Shown: in pieces, positions 1 to 8,030 of the stretch
How the letters are laid out: each line of letters starts with the position of its first letter
Position numbering within the stretch: position 1 is the first letter of the stretch
Assembly: GCA_964344705.1 (NCBI GenBank)
Contig: CAYFOG010000004.1
Coordinates: 22,156 to 59,577 of the forward strand
Reading direction: 5' to 3'
DNA from: Candidatus Woesearchaeota archaeon
GTDB taxonomy: Archaea; Nanobdellota; Nanobdellia; UBA10117; ARS21
Length of the DNA: 37,422 bases
Notes under the pieces: model-generated
The model's database searches: none
Seen by the model: the letters and a program-made list of their open reading frames with translations, nothing else
Told to the model about the DNA's origin: nothing
Made by a program: the position numbers and the translations under genes

Positions 1-594
1 AAGGATGAAGAGTATTACATCAAAGTTATTGAAGAGGCTTACAAGCGGGCTCCGAAGTGGACTCGACTGATGAGAGTTCAACGAGATATTCCTGCGCAGT
101 ACATTGGTGCTGGACCTAAGAAAGGTAACTTGCGAGAATATGTTGAAGAGAATTTAATTAAGGAAGATTATCCAGTTAAGGAAATACGATTTAGAGAAGC
201 AGGGCAAGTTTACAAGCGAACTGGAAAGGTTGCTAAAAATATTGAATTGTTTGTTGAGAAATATCGATCAAGTGGTGGCGATGAATATTTCATTTCTGCC
301 GAAGACAAAGATCAAGATATTTTATTGGGATTCTGTAGGTTGCGTCTTGGAGAAAGACCTGAAGCGATGATCCGAGAGTTGCACGTTTATGGAAGCGTGA
401 CTGGAATTGGAGAAGAAGGTGAAGATACTCAGCACAAAGGTTGGGGAACAAAGCTTATGAAGAAAGCTGAAGAAATTGCTCGCGAAGCTGGACGAGAAAA
501 GATATTAGTTATCTCTGGAGTTGGAGTTCGGGAATATTATAAAAATGTTCATGGCTACTCTCGAGATGGTTGGTATATGGGTAAAAAATTATAG
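1..594 (+). CDS. elp3: Elp3 tRNA U34 acetyltransferase (radical SAM + GNAT), 5'-truncated by window edge
   Basis: Frame open from base 1; motifs RVQRDIP, EIRFRE, GFCRLR, IRELHVYG, QHKGWG, ISGVGVREYY. Confidence 0.95.
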   Translation, partial: KDEEYYIKVIEEAYKRAPKWTRLMRVQRDIPAQYIGAGPKKGNLREYVEENLIKEDYPVKEIRFREAGQVYKRTGKVAKNIELFVEKYRSSGGDEYFISAEDKDQDILLGFCRLRLGERPEAMIRELHVYGSVTGIGEEGEDTQHKGWGTKLMKKAEEIAREAGREKILVISGVGVREYYKNVHGYSRDGWYMGKKL

Positions 595-855
595 TCCAAA
601 GGCTTCTTGGAAGTCTTTCATCTTTTTGTATTCTCTTGAAAACTTTCTACCTTTTTCTGTGATTTTGAAGTTCTTTCCTTTCTTGAGTTCTTGCTCTTCA
701 ATTAGTTTTTTTGATGTTAGTTCTGCAACGTATTCTTTCATTAGAGTATGAGAAAGGTTTGACTTGTAAAGAAGATGAGTTGGCTTGATTGTTCCGCCTT
801 TGTTGACAATCGCAAGAAGCATATCATTAATTATGTCGATTCTAGTTCTTCGCAT
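589..855 (-). CDS. Small winged helix-turn-helix transcriptional regulator
   Basis: 88 aa; RRTRIDII...KPTHLLYKSNLS...FKITEKG pattern of archaeal wHTH regulators; GGTGA SD upstream of ATG. Confidence 0.85.
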   Translation of the reverse strand: MRRTRIDIINDMLLAIVNKGGTIKPTHLLYKSNLSHTLMKEYVAELTSKKLIEEQELKKGKNFKITEKGRKFSREYKKMKDFQEAFGL

Positions 856-1534
856 TTTTCACCTTCCCAAATGTGAACAGCATGGTTATGAATCCTGCTA
901 ATTGAACTACTTGTGCAACGACGTATGCAATTGGAATGTATATTGCTGGAATGAATATTAGCTGACTAAACATTAGTAATGTAAATGCTGCTAAAGTTTG
1001 TTTTGTTTTCCTTGACTTATTTCTGAAATAAGTTCTCAAAGTCATCATTGAAATGAAGAATAGGAAAGCTGCTGCAGTTAAGTGGAACACCAAAGTTACT
1101 TGTGTACTAAATACTGAAGCAATTAATACAAAATAAAGTAATAATCCTTTGACAGATTTTGAAGTCTTTGCTTTTCTTGAAAGAACTAAATATAATCCCA
1201 AGAGCGCAGTCAAAGTTAGAAGACGATATCCTAGCAAACCTGTGCTGAAGAAGTTGCTTGCTGGTCCGACTGCTTCGTGTACTGCTTGAGCAATTCCGAA
1301 TGAATTCTGCTCAATGAAATTATAATAAATAATTAGATTTGTCAACACTCTTGTTGCGAATGCTGCGGCAAGCATTCCGAACGCAACTCCGAAATAGAAG
1401 TATTTCTTCATGTTGCTGATTTTATAGAATTTGTAACTAGTAAGAGCGATTAGTGTTGCTACAGCCATTGTAACCACTTCAAAACCTGCGTCAATTCCTA
1501 AGAACCACTCCGGGCTTAGTATAAAGTTCGCCAT
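842..1534 (-). CDS. Polytopic (about 7 TM) membrane protein of unknown function, possible sensor
   Basis: 230 aa with about 7 hydrophobic segments; overlaps the downstream wHTH gene by 14 nt. Confidence 0.75.
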   Translation of the reverse strand: MANFILSPEWFLGIDAGFEVVTMAVATLIALTSYKFYKISNMKKYFYFGVAFGMLAAAFATRVLTNLIIYYNFIEQNSFGIAQAVHEAVGPASNFFSTGLLGYRLLTLTALLGLYLVLSRKAKTSKSVKGLLLYFVLIASVFSTQVTLVFHLTAAAFLFFISMMTLRTYFRNKSRKTKQTLAAFTLLMFSQLIFIPAIYIPIAYVVAQVVQLAGFITMLFTFGKVKNAKN

Positions 1535-1555
1535 TAGTTACTATTTAGTGATACA

Positions 1556-1610
1556 TCTTAAAAGGCTTATGAAAAGTCATTCTTTAGAGTCTGTTCATAA
1601 TCTTTTATTA
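1556..1610. promoter_or_regulatory. Divergent archaeal promoter pair with intervening inverted repeat (TTATGAA-N20-TTCATAA)
   Basis: Minus-strand TTTTAAGA starts 29 nt before ATG 1534; plus-strand TTTTATTA starts 29 nt before ATG 1632; inverted repeat at 1567-1573/1594-1600. Confidence 0.5.
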
Positions 1611-1672
1611 ACGGAATCTTGTACTATATGTATGCCTTCAAGACCAATCATATTCTCTTAGATTGGGAAACA

Positions 1673-1720
1673 TTTGATGCCGGGGATCCCGTCTTTGCCG
1701 GGCGGGTTCCATTCATCAAA
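1673..1720 (+). other. GC-rich stem-loop (candidate structured RNA or terminator-like element)
   Basis: TTTGATG/CATCAAA outer stem; GGATCCCGTCT/GGGCGGGTTCC inner stem with G-U pairs favouring the + strand. Confidence 0.5.
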
Positions 1721-1754
1721 ACTCTTTTAAAGCAAATATTTGATACAACATTAC

Positions 1755-1827
1755 AGCCCTGTAGTGTAGTGGTCAATCATCTGAGACTTTGGATCTCGGG
1801 ACCCCGGTTCGAATCCGGGCAGGGCTA
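1755..1827 (+). tRNA. tRNA-Gln(TTG)
   Basis: Acceptor AGCCCTG/CAGGGCT (A1-U72 as in archaeal tRNA-Gln); anticodon loop CTTTGGA; GTTCGAATC T-loop; no encoded CCA. Confidence 0.95.
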
Positions 1828-1854
1828 GAATTTATTTTTTAGCTACTTTTGCGA

Positions 1855-2511
1855 TTATCTTTTTTTTGTTGTGGTCTTTTTTACAGTCTTTGGTTTTGCC
1901 TTAGCTTTCTTTTCTTCTTTTGCCAGTGCTTCTTCTTCGGCTTTTAGAGTCTCTTCAATTGCTTTTTCCAACATTTCTTTGTATTCTTTTCTTTGGAGTT
2001 CAATGTTAGAAATTTGGGTGTTCAACTCGTGAATGTTGGTTTCAAGTTGTTGTATAAATGCAAAATTGTTGATTTCAACCAAAGTTTGGTCGTTATCGGG
2101 AGAAATAAAGTTGTTGGCGAGGGCTTCTTCGTAACGAAATTTTTGTTGCCCATCTTTTGTTTGGAACGCAAATTCACGTTCATTAGAAAGGGTTTCTTGT
2201 GCCTGCTTAACCAACTTTTGTTTGTGACGCAAGTAAATGTCAAGGAGCTTCTTTTGATTTAGGCTCCAGAAGTAAATATACCACCACTTCTTTTCAGCAT
2301 CCTTTTCTTTTGTGTATTCAACGAAGCCAACAGTATGAAGCTTGTAGAGTGATTTTCGCGCAGCATTAATCTTAATGTCTAATTTCTCCGCAATCTCGTT
2401 TTCAGAGATAATATCCGTCTCCGATAGCATTTTTAGAATCTCCTGAGTCTGTTCATCGAGCTCGATGCCCATATCTTCGACTATATCGGTTATATCTTTT
2501 AATTTTAACAT
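1855..2511 (-). CDS. tfe: Transcription factor E alpha (TFE), Cys-less zinc-ribbon region, Lys-rich tail
   Basis: wHTH motifs EIAEKLDIKINAARKSLYKL, WYIYFW, then FRYEEA..NNF.SP...L.E.NN. Confidence 0.85.
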   Translation of the reverse strand: MLKLKDITDIVEDMGIELDEQTQEILKMLSETDIISENEIAEKLDIKINAARKSLYKLHTVGFVEYTKEKDAEKKWWYIYFWSLNQKKLLDIYLRHKQKLVKQAQETLSNEREFAFQTKDGQQKFRYEEALANNFISPDNDQTLVEINNFAFIQQLETNIHELNTQISNIELQRKEYKEMLEKAIEETLKAEEEALAKEEKKAKAKPKTVKKTTTKKR

Positions 2512-2558
2512 AGACTGCCGGGTTAATATTAACGCACTACTCTTAATTAAAGGTTACG

Positions 2559-3617
2559 TCATGCCATAAATGGTAGCAGAATCGCTCCAATTAGTAACGC
2601 AACACTAAAGAAGGAAAGATAGATAAAGATTTTGGATGCGCGTTTTTTATTTTTTATTAATCCAAATACTGCGTCTTGTAGCATTTTTCCGCCATCAAGA
2701 ATTGGTATTGGTAGAAGATTAAACAATCCTATTCCCAGGCTTAGAATGAAGAACCAGTTTAGGAATCTTGAAAGGAAGATTAGTGAATTAGAATACCATT
2801 TTGTGGGTTCTAAGAGCGGTTGATAACTGAATCCAAAGTGTCCTATTTCGGGATTATCTGGATTTTGTGTGGCAATTATCTCTATGGCGCGGTCTTCAAG
2901 CTGAAAGGTTGCGGCATCTCCAGGAACTTTTGAAGTCATTATAGTCCCAAATTCCTCAAAATTTGAAATTGGTACTGAATCAACCGCCAGAATTGTATCT
3001 CCATCAATTAATCCTGCTTCTTGAGCGGGAAAGCCTTCTGTGGTGCCTAAGATTTCTAATCCGGTTAAATCAAATGCTCCAAACAGCGCCGGAGTTACTA
3101 AGAATATCATTGTGACTGCTGCTAACGCGGCAGTAGTTATGTTTGCCCACGGTCCTGCTGCATACATAGAAAGCCTGTTTAGAATTGGCGCTTTTCTGAG
3201 CTGTGACTCATCAGGTTTCACAAACGCGAAGGGAATTATTGCCAGAAGTCCGACTCCTGCTGAATTTACTTTGATGTTGTGAACGCGTGAAATCACTCCG
3301 TGTCCGCCTTCGTGGATTATAAGCAGTGCAAGTATTGCTAAGATTCCTTCAATCAACGGAACAGTTATTTGCGATCCGGGGATTCTCAGTCCTGGAATAA
3401 CTGGCGACACAACTGGTTCTGGAGAGGGCTGAATAAATGTTCCAAAAAGGTAATAGAGAATGTAAAGCATTCCTGCGTATCCAACTAATATTCCAAAATA
3501 TGCCCAGTATTTCAAAAGAGGACGAAATCTCTTGGCTATTTTGTCCATTAGCTTCAATCCTTTTGTAGTCTCCCACATAAAAATGAGTCCGTGTCTCTTG
3601 AAATCTCCAAAAGTCAT
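2559..3617 (-). CDS. Site-2 protease (M50 zinc metalloprotease) with PDZ domain
   Basis: HEGGH, AAGPWAN, NLLPIPILDGG motifs; PDZ-like PAQEAGLIDGDTILAVD; start ATG 3617 or TTG 3626. Confidence 0.93.
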   Translation of the reverse strand: MTFGDFKRHGLIFMWETTKGLKLMDKIAKRFRPLLKYWAYFGILVGYAGMLYILYYLFGTFIQPSPEPVVSPVIPGLRIPGSQITVPLIEGILAILALLIIHEGGHGVISRVHNIKVNSAGVGLLAIIPFAFVKPDESQLRKAPILNRLSMYAAGPWANITTAALAAVTMIFLVTPALFGAFDLTGLEILGTTEGFPAQEAGLIDGDTILAVDSVPISNFEEFGTIMTSKVPGDAATFQLEDRAIEIIATQNPDNPEIGHFGFSYQPLLEPTKWYSNSLIFLSRFLNWFFILSLGIGLFNLLPIPILDGGKMLQDAVFGLIKNKKRASKIFIYLSFFSVALLIGAILLPFMA

Positions 3618-3647
3618 GACAACCAATGGTGGGCGAGATTAATAAGT

Positions 3648-3845
3648 TTATCCTCGCTTGTACTTAGAAATTACGTCAATAGCGTCGATGTGTCCCATGA
3701 AAACTGATCTGCAGCATTGTCTCTTAAGTCCTGCTTTGTCAAGTGCCTTTTTCATATCTCCGCCTTTCTTAATTTCTTCTTTGAAAGCCGGCCATTGGTG
3801 GGCAATCGGTTTTCCACATGCGAAACATCTTACTGGAATTATCAT
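3648..3845 (-). CDS. rpoN: RNA polymerase subunit N (Rpo10)
   Basis: MIIPVRCFACGK...RQCCR. Confidence 0.97.
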   Translation of the reverse strand: MIIPVRCFACGKPIAHQWPAFKEEIKKGGDMKKALDKAGLKRQCCRSVFMGHIDAIDVISKYKRG

Positions 3846-3846
3846 T

Positions 3847-4257
3847 TTATCTATAGGATTTTTGTCGCTTAGCTCTTGGCGCCGATTTGTTCGGTTTGTG
3901 CGGTTCGTTTCTTCGAACGTCAGCTACAAGAAGGTGTCTGTCGTAATCAAGATAAGCTTTCTTCAAGTCTTCAGACTTTGTGTGCTCAACAAGCGCCTTT
4001 GCAATTGCTAGACGTGCTGCTTCTGCTTGTCCTGACTGACCTCCGCCTTTAATGTCAACACTAATGTCAACTTTTTGGGCGATGTCACCTGCGATTATGA
4101 TTGGTTCCTGCAATCTTAGCTGGAACATTTCTGGAGCGTATTCTGAAATTGGTGTGCCGTTAATTCTTAGGTTTCCCTTTCCTGGCCGTAAAACTGCTCT
4201 TGCTATTGCTCGTTTTCTTTTTCCACTTGCTACAATTACGTTTGATTTACTTGCCAT
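3847..4257 (-). CDS. rps9: 30S ribosomal protein uS9
   Basis: SGKRKRAIARA, GGGQSGQAEAAR, RAKRQKSYR. Confidence 0.97.
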   Translation of the reverse strand: MASKSNVIVASGKRKRAIARAVLRPGKGNLRINGTPISEYAPEMFQLRLQEPIIIAGDIAQKVDISVDIKGGGQSGQAEAARLAIAKALVEHTKSEDLKKAYLDYDRHLLVADVRRNEPHKPNKSAPRAKRQKSYR

Positions 4258-4669
4258 ATTTACCAATTATTTTTGCGAATTCTCCAATCTTCATGTATTT
4301 TGAATATTTTAATTTTGATAGATTTGCTGATTCAATTGTTTCTAATTTTGAATCCTTATGTGCTTCAGGAATTCCCAAATAGCACATTACTCTTTTGTAT
4401 GCTGAAATTCCTCTAGAAGTTTTGTATGGAAGCATTCTCTTAATAGATCGTCTTACGATTCTATCTGGAACTTTTGGAGTGAAAGGTCCGTGGAAAGGCT
4501 TTCCAATGTTTTTGAAATTTTCAAACTTTGACAGGATTGTATTTTTTGATCCAGTAACAATTGCGTTTTCACAATTTACTATTACTATCTCTTCTCCTAA
4601 CAATGCTTCTTTTGCGACTTGACTTGACAATCTTCCAAGCACTAAGTCTGATGCGTCGTATACTTTCAT
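4247..4669 (-). CDS. rpl13: 50S ribosomal protein uL13
   Basis: LGRLSSQVAK..LLGE, GPFTPKVPDRIVRR, MLPYK. Confidence 0.97.
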   Translation of the reverse strand: MKVYDASDLVLGRLSSQVAKEALLGEEIVIVNCENAIVTGSKNTILSKFENFKNIGKPFHGPFTPKVPDRIVRRSIKRMLPYKTSRGISAYKRVMCYLGIPEAHKDSKLETIESANLSKLKYSKYMKIGEFAKIIGKYGK

Positions 4670-5001
4670 GCGATTATCCTTAATTTGTCACCCTTTACGT
4701 CTTTTGCAGAAAGATCGTGTAAGGATACCAACTTTGAACCTGATTGTTTTACTTTGCCAATAACAGCTTCAGAGAATCTCCAACATGCAATGTTAAGTTT
4801 CTTTGTAAGTTGTCCGCCCGCAACTAACTTTCCCGGGATAACTACTGTTTCCCCGTCAGCGTATTCATTCAAGCTACCTAAATTTACAGTAACTCTCTTT
4901 CTTGCAGGTACTGAAAGTTTGTCTGATACTTCATTCCAGAATTCAGACTTCTTTCTAAGGCTAGCAATTAACAGCTTCAAGTGTATGTTTGTTGCTTCCA
5001 T
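4666..5001 (-). CDS. rpl18e: 50S ribosomal protein eL18
   Basis: TNIHL, VNLGSL, VVIPGKL, FSE; position between rpoD and rpl13; start taken at MEATN. Confidence 0.92.
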   Translation of the reverse strand: MEATNIHLKLLIASLRKKSEFWNEVSDKLSVPARKRVTVNLGSLNEYADGETVVIPGKLVAGGQLTKKLNIACWRFSEAVIGKVKQSGSKLVSLHDLSAKDVKGDKLRIIA

Positions 5002-5044
5002 TTTTTTCGTTTTTTCTCCTTTGTGGGTTGTGATCTGATGCACG

Positions 5045-5090
5045 TGTCGCTGACCTAAATCAGCGGACCTACATTCGCGCTTACGCGCTC
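5045..5090 (-). repeat. Double-hairpin element at the tRNA-Leu 3' end, between 7-bp direct repeats
   Basis: ATGCACG at 5038-5044 and 5091-5097; minus-strand hairpins TGCAT-GA-GCGC-GTAA-GCGC-GA-ATGTA and CGCTGA-TTTAGG-TCAGCG. Confidence 0.55.
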
Positions 5091-5091
5091 A

Positions 5092-5175
5092 TGCACGAGA
5101 CAGGATTCGAACCTGCGAAGACACTAAGCCACTGGGACCTAAACCCAGCCCATTTGACCGCTCTGGCACTCGTGC
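5092..5175 (-). tRNA. tRNA-Leu(TAG)
   Basis: GCACGAG/CTCGTGC acceptor, anticodon arm CTGGG-TTTAGGT-CCCAG, long variable arm. Confidence 0.95.
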
Positions 5176-5184
5176 GCGAGGGTC

Positions 5185-5832
5185 TTACTTCACCTTCAGC
5201 TCGCTCAAGTTTGCTCCAATGTTAGTTAGAGCCTGCTTAAGCAGTTCTTTTGGTTCAAGCTGTCCCCAGCTTTCGATTACAAGTATGAATTTATTTGGTT
5301 GGTTTTTAAGCGTTCCTATTTCCTCTGCGTCTACCATTTTTCGCAATTTTTCAAGGTTTTCAGTACCTTTTGCTTTTGACGGATAGTGGAAATAATAAGC
5401 GTGACCTGCAGACCATTTTACATGCTCTTTTCCTTGTCCTGGAATTGCTACCGCTCTGAATTCAACTCTTTGGTGTTCTGACAGATTAACTAATGGTGTT
5501 TTTGGATAAAGAACTTCTACTCCCTTTCCTTTAACTTGTAAATCTGCTGCAGTTACTATTTTTGGTCCTTCAACGTTTAATGTGATGTCAACTTTTGGAT
5601 CTTTCATCTTGAAGATTGATGCGTCGACTTTTAGCGGGATTAATCCAACTCGGTGAGCAAGAATTTCGTCATAAAGAACAGATGTGTTTTCTTTGTAGTA
5701 AACTTCCTCAACTGCGAAAGTTGGTACATCATAAGTTATTGTTCTCCGGATTAGATTCATTAATGCTTCTGAAGCGCCTTCAACCACAAGTTGAATTTCG
5801 CCATCTGTTGAATTAAGTATTTGAAACTTCAT
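5185..5832 (-). CDS. rpoD: RNA polymerase subunit D (Rpo3), without Fe-S domain
   Basis: [41 protein letters not shown]; start at MKFQ overlapping rps11 stop. Confidence 0.95.
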   Translation of the reverse strand: MKFQILNSTDGEIQLVVEGASEALMNLIRRTITYDVPTFAVEEVYYKENTSVLYDEILAHRVGLIPLKVDASIFKMKDPKVDITLNVEGPKIVTAADLQVKGKGVEVLYPKTPLVNLSEHQRVEFRAVAIPGQGKEHVKWSAGHAYYFHYPSKAKGTENLEKLRKMVDAEEIGTLKNQPNKFILVIESWGQLEPKELLKQALTNIGANLSELKVK

Positions 5833-6227
5833 ACTCGTCTCCCTCTTCGTCCACCCTTCTTTCGGCATCCGCCGTGTGGAATTGGTGTAACGTCTTCGAT
5901 TGATAATATTTTCATTCCGTTTCTTGTCAAAGTTCGGATTGTTGGCTGAGCTCCTGGACCTGGATGTCTTGAACCGTTGTGGCCTCCTTGTGCTCTAACT
6001 CTTACGTGTAGGTTTGTAACTCCTTTTTCTTTTGCGTTTCTTGCTGCCTCTTTAGCCATAACCATGGCAGTGTTTGCATGTGCTTCCAATCTTTGCTGCT
6101 TTGTAAATTGTCCGCCAGAAACTAATGCAATTGTTTCTGCTCCAGTCATATCTGTGATATGTAAGATTGTATTATTATAAGATGAGTAAAGATGTGCTAC
6201 TCCGGTGTGTGTATCTTTTGTTGCCAT
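5829..6227 (-). CDS. rps11: 30S ribosomal protein uS11
   Basis: [34 protein letters not shown]. Confidence 0.98.
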   Translation of the reverse strand: MATKDTHTGVAHLYSSYNNTILHITDMTGAETIALVSGGQFTKQQRLEAHANTAMVMAKEAARNAKEKGVTNLHVRVRAQGGHNGSRHPGPGAQPTIRTLTRNGMKILSIEDVTPIPHGGCRKKGGRRGRRV

Positions 6228-6781
6228 TATTCAGTTTTCACCTCTTGAATTTTTACAGGCGCACTTTCTTCTGTGTCTGCTTTCTTTTCAACAACTTGAA
6301 CAAGAACTGGTGAAAATCCTTCTCGGAATGCCACTTTGCTTCCTGCGTTGATTAAGTATGCTGGTGAAGTTACGACTTTTCCATTAATAGTAACTTTCTT
6401 GTGTAGAATGAATTGTCGTGCTTGATTTACTGAGTTTGCAAGTCCCATTTTGTAAACAACAGTTTGGAATCTTCGTTCAAGTAAATCTCGAAGTTGTAAA
6501 TTTAAAACATCGTCAGCACTTGCATCTTTTTGTACAAGTCCCAATTTGATTAGTTTTGTAATGAGAATTTTAAGAGCTGCTTCTTTCTTTTCTCCTCGAA
6601 GACCGACAATGTCTCTTGCTTGAGATCTGAAATTTCTAAGCATAGCTTCCATTTTCCAGATTTGCTTTTTGTTTGTAAATCCGTACTCTTGAATTAGTTC
6701 TTTTTCTTCATCAATTCTGTCAGCTTGCCATGGATGGTTTGGTGATTGATACTTTTTTCTTTGTCGTCTTGCTAGTCCCAT
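6227..6781 (-). CDS. rps4: 30S ribosomal protein uS4
   Basis: [34 protein letters not shown]. Confidence 0.97.
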   Translation of the reverse strand: MGLARRQRKKYQSPNHPWQADRIDEEKELIQEYGFTNKKQIWKMEAMLRNFRSQARDIVGLRGEKKEAALKILITKLIKLGLVQKDASADDVLNLQLRDLLERRFQTVVYKMGLANSVNQARQFILHKKVTINGKVVTSPAYLINAGSKVAFREGFSPVLVQVVEKKADTEESAPVKIQEVKTE

Positions 6782-7236
6782 TATTTCTTCTCCTTCTTAC
6801 GAGTTGCAACTGTACCTTTTCTTCCGGTAGATTTTGTGGATTGTCCACGTACTTTCTTAGCACCTGCTGCGTGTCGTACTCCTTTGTATGATTTGACTTT
6901 TCTCATGAATCTGATATCGAATTGCTTTGTAAGATCTAGATCTGAGGATAAAATATGTTTATCTTCTCCAGTCTCTCGGTCCTTTCTTCGGTTCATAAGC
7001 CAAGTTGGAATGTTATATTTTGCGGGGTTTCTGATGGCGTCTTCAATTTTTTCAACTTCTTTGACAGTGTAATCTCCGCACTTCTTTTTTGTGTCTAAAT
7101 TTAGAACTTTACATACTGCGTTAGCAAACATGTAAGAAGAGCCTTTTGGCTTTGTTAGTGCGTGACCCATTGGGATATTTCCGCGTATATCTTTGTCTCC
7201 GAGTCGAATAATTTCTCTGAATTCATTATCAGCCAT
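6781..7236 (-). CDS. rps13: 30S ribosomal protein uS13
   Basis: IPTWLMNRRKD, SYKGVRH, VRGQSTKSTGR. Confidence 0.97.
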   Translation of the reverse strand: MADNEFREIIRLGDKDIRGNIPMGHALTKPKGSSYMFANAVCKVLNLDTKKKCGDYTVKEVEKIEDAIRNPAKYNIPTWLMNRRKDRETGEDKHILSSDLDLTKQFDIRFMRKVKSYKGVRHAAGAKKVRGQSTKSTGRKGTVATRKKEKK

Positions 7237-7327
7237 AATCTCATTAATTTACGTTTAGTTTTTAAAGGTATCGATGGAAAACCGCATTACGTGAGTTAAG
7301 TGGTCTCCTTTTTTCCTTTAAATGATA

Positions 7328-7410
7328 CGCCAAGAGTGGGATTTGAACCCACGACCCCCGAAGGGACAGGATTTCCAATCCTGCGCAATACCAGGCTATG
7401 CGATCTTGGC
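7328..7410 (-). tRNA. tRNA-Ser(GGA)
   Basis: GCCAAGA/TCTTGGC acceptor, anticodon arm CAGGA-TTGGAAA-TCCTG, UUCG variable arm. Confidence 0.95.
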
Positions 7411-7494
7411 GTGGTTTTGGTCGGTCTTTTAGCTTTAAAAAACTTGTTCTTGCTCTATCTGAATGTTTAAATATTTGAACATACATCGATATTT

Positions 7495-7884
7495 ATGTCA
7501 AAGAGAATTAAACGGCATTTACATGAAGGTGAAGAGATTCATTATGTAGAACAGCCATCTTGGTTCAAGTATCACAGGCAGCTTATATGGGCGCCACTAG
7601 TTATTCCATTGCTTGATGCGGCTCTGAAGAAATACAGTACTCATTTAGTTATTACTGACAGTCGAGTTCTTTTGAGACACGGACTTATTGGTGACCACTC
7701 TAAAGCGGTTAGCTACAACAACATGACAACGGTAAAAGTTCATCAGAGTGCTTGGGGTGCAATTTTGAATTATGGACATATTCATGTTCACACCCAGACT
7801 GGCGGTCACGCAGACTTAAACTTTCACTTTATCAAAAATCCAATTGAAGTTAAGAAACATATTGAAAAACGAATGCGACGTTAG
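7495..7884 (+). CDS. Bacterial PH-domain (bPH_2-like) membrane-associated protein
   Basis: L.EGEEI, LVITDSRVLLRHGLI, V.Q...G.ILNYG.I.V.T.GG, F..IKNP; TATA-like box 29 nt upstream. Confidence 0.8.
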   Translation: MSKRIKRHLHEGEEIHYVEQPSWFKYHRQLIWAPLVIPLLDAALKKYSTHLVITDSRVLLRHGLIGDHSKAVSYNNMTTVKVHQSAWGAILNYGHIHVHTQTGGHADLNFHFIKNPIEVKKHIEKRMRR

Positions 7885-8030
7885 AAATCTTTTGGGAGCA
7901 TTATTGGAATTCCGTCTTCAATTTTGAAAGTTCTCTTGCACTTTTTACATACTAGTTTGTCTTTTTTTAACTCTACTTCTGATTTGTCCTCGGGACACGC
8001 CAACACATCTAGAAGCTCTTTGGATATCAT
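7881..8030 (-). CDS. trm112: Trm112 family methyltransferase activator (49 aa; not in ORF track)
   Basis: Hand translation MISKELLDVLACPEDKSEVELKKDKLVCKKCKRTFKIEDGIPIMLPKDF*; ATGA overlap with cbf5 stop. Confidence 0.92.
   Translation of the reverse strand: MISKELLDVLACPEDKSEVELKKDKLVCKKCKRTFKIEDGIPIMLPKDF

Noticed and set aside
842..1534. Microbial rhodopsin call for the 7TM protein
   Set aside because: No retinal-binding Lys motif (DxxxK or SxxxK) within the last helix
1673..1720. C/D box or H/ACA guide RNA call for the GC-rich hairpin
   Set aside because: Minus strand has TGATGA but no properly placed CTGA; no K-turn or ACA tail seen
1619..1828. 69-aa + strand ORF
   Set aside because: Runs through tRNA-Gln and has no recognisable protein features
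7262..7486. 74-aa minus-strand ORF
   Set aside because: Overlaps tRNA-Ser(GGA)
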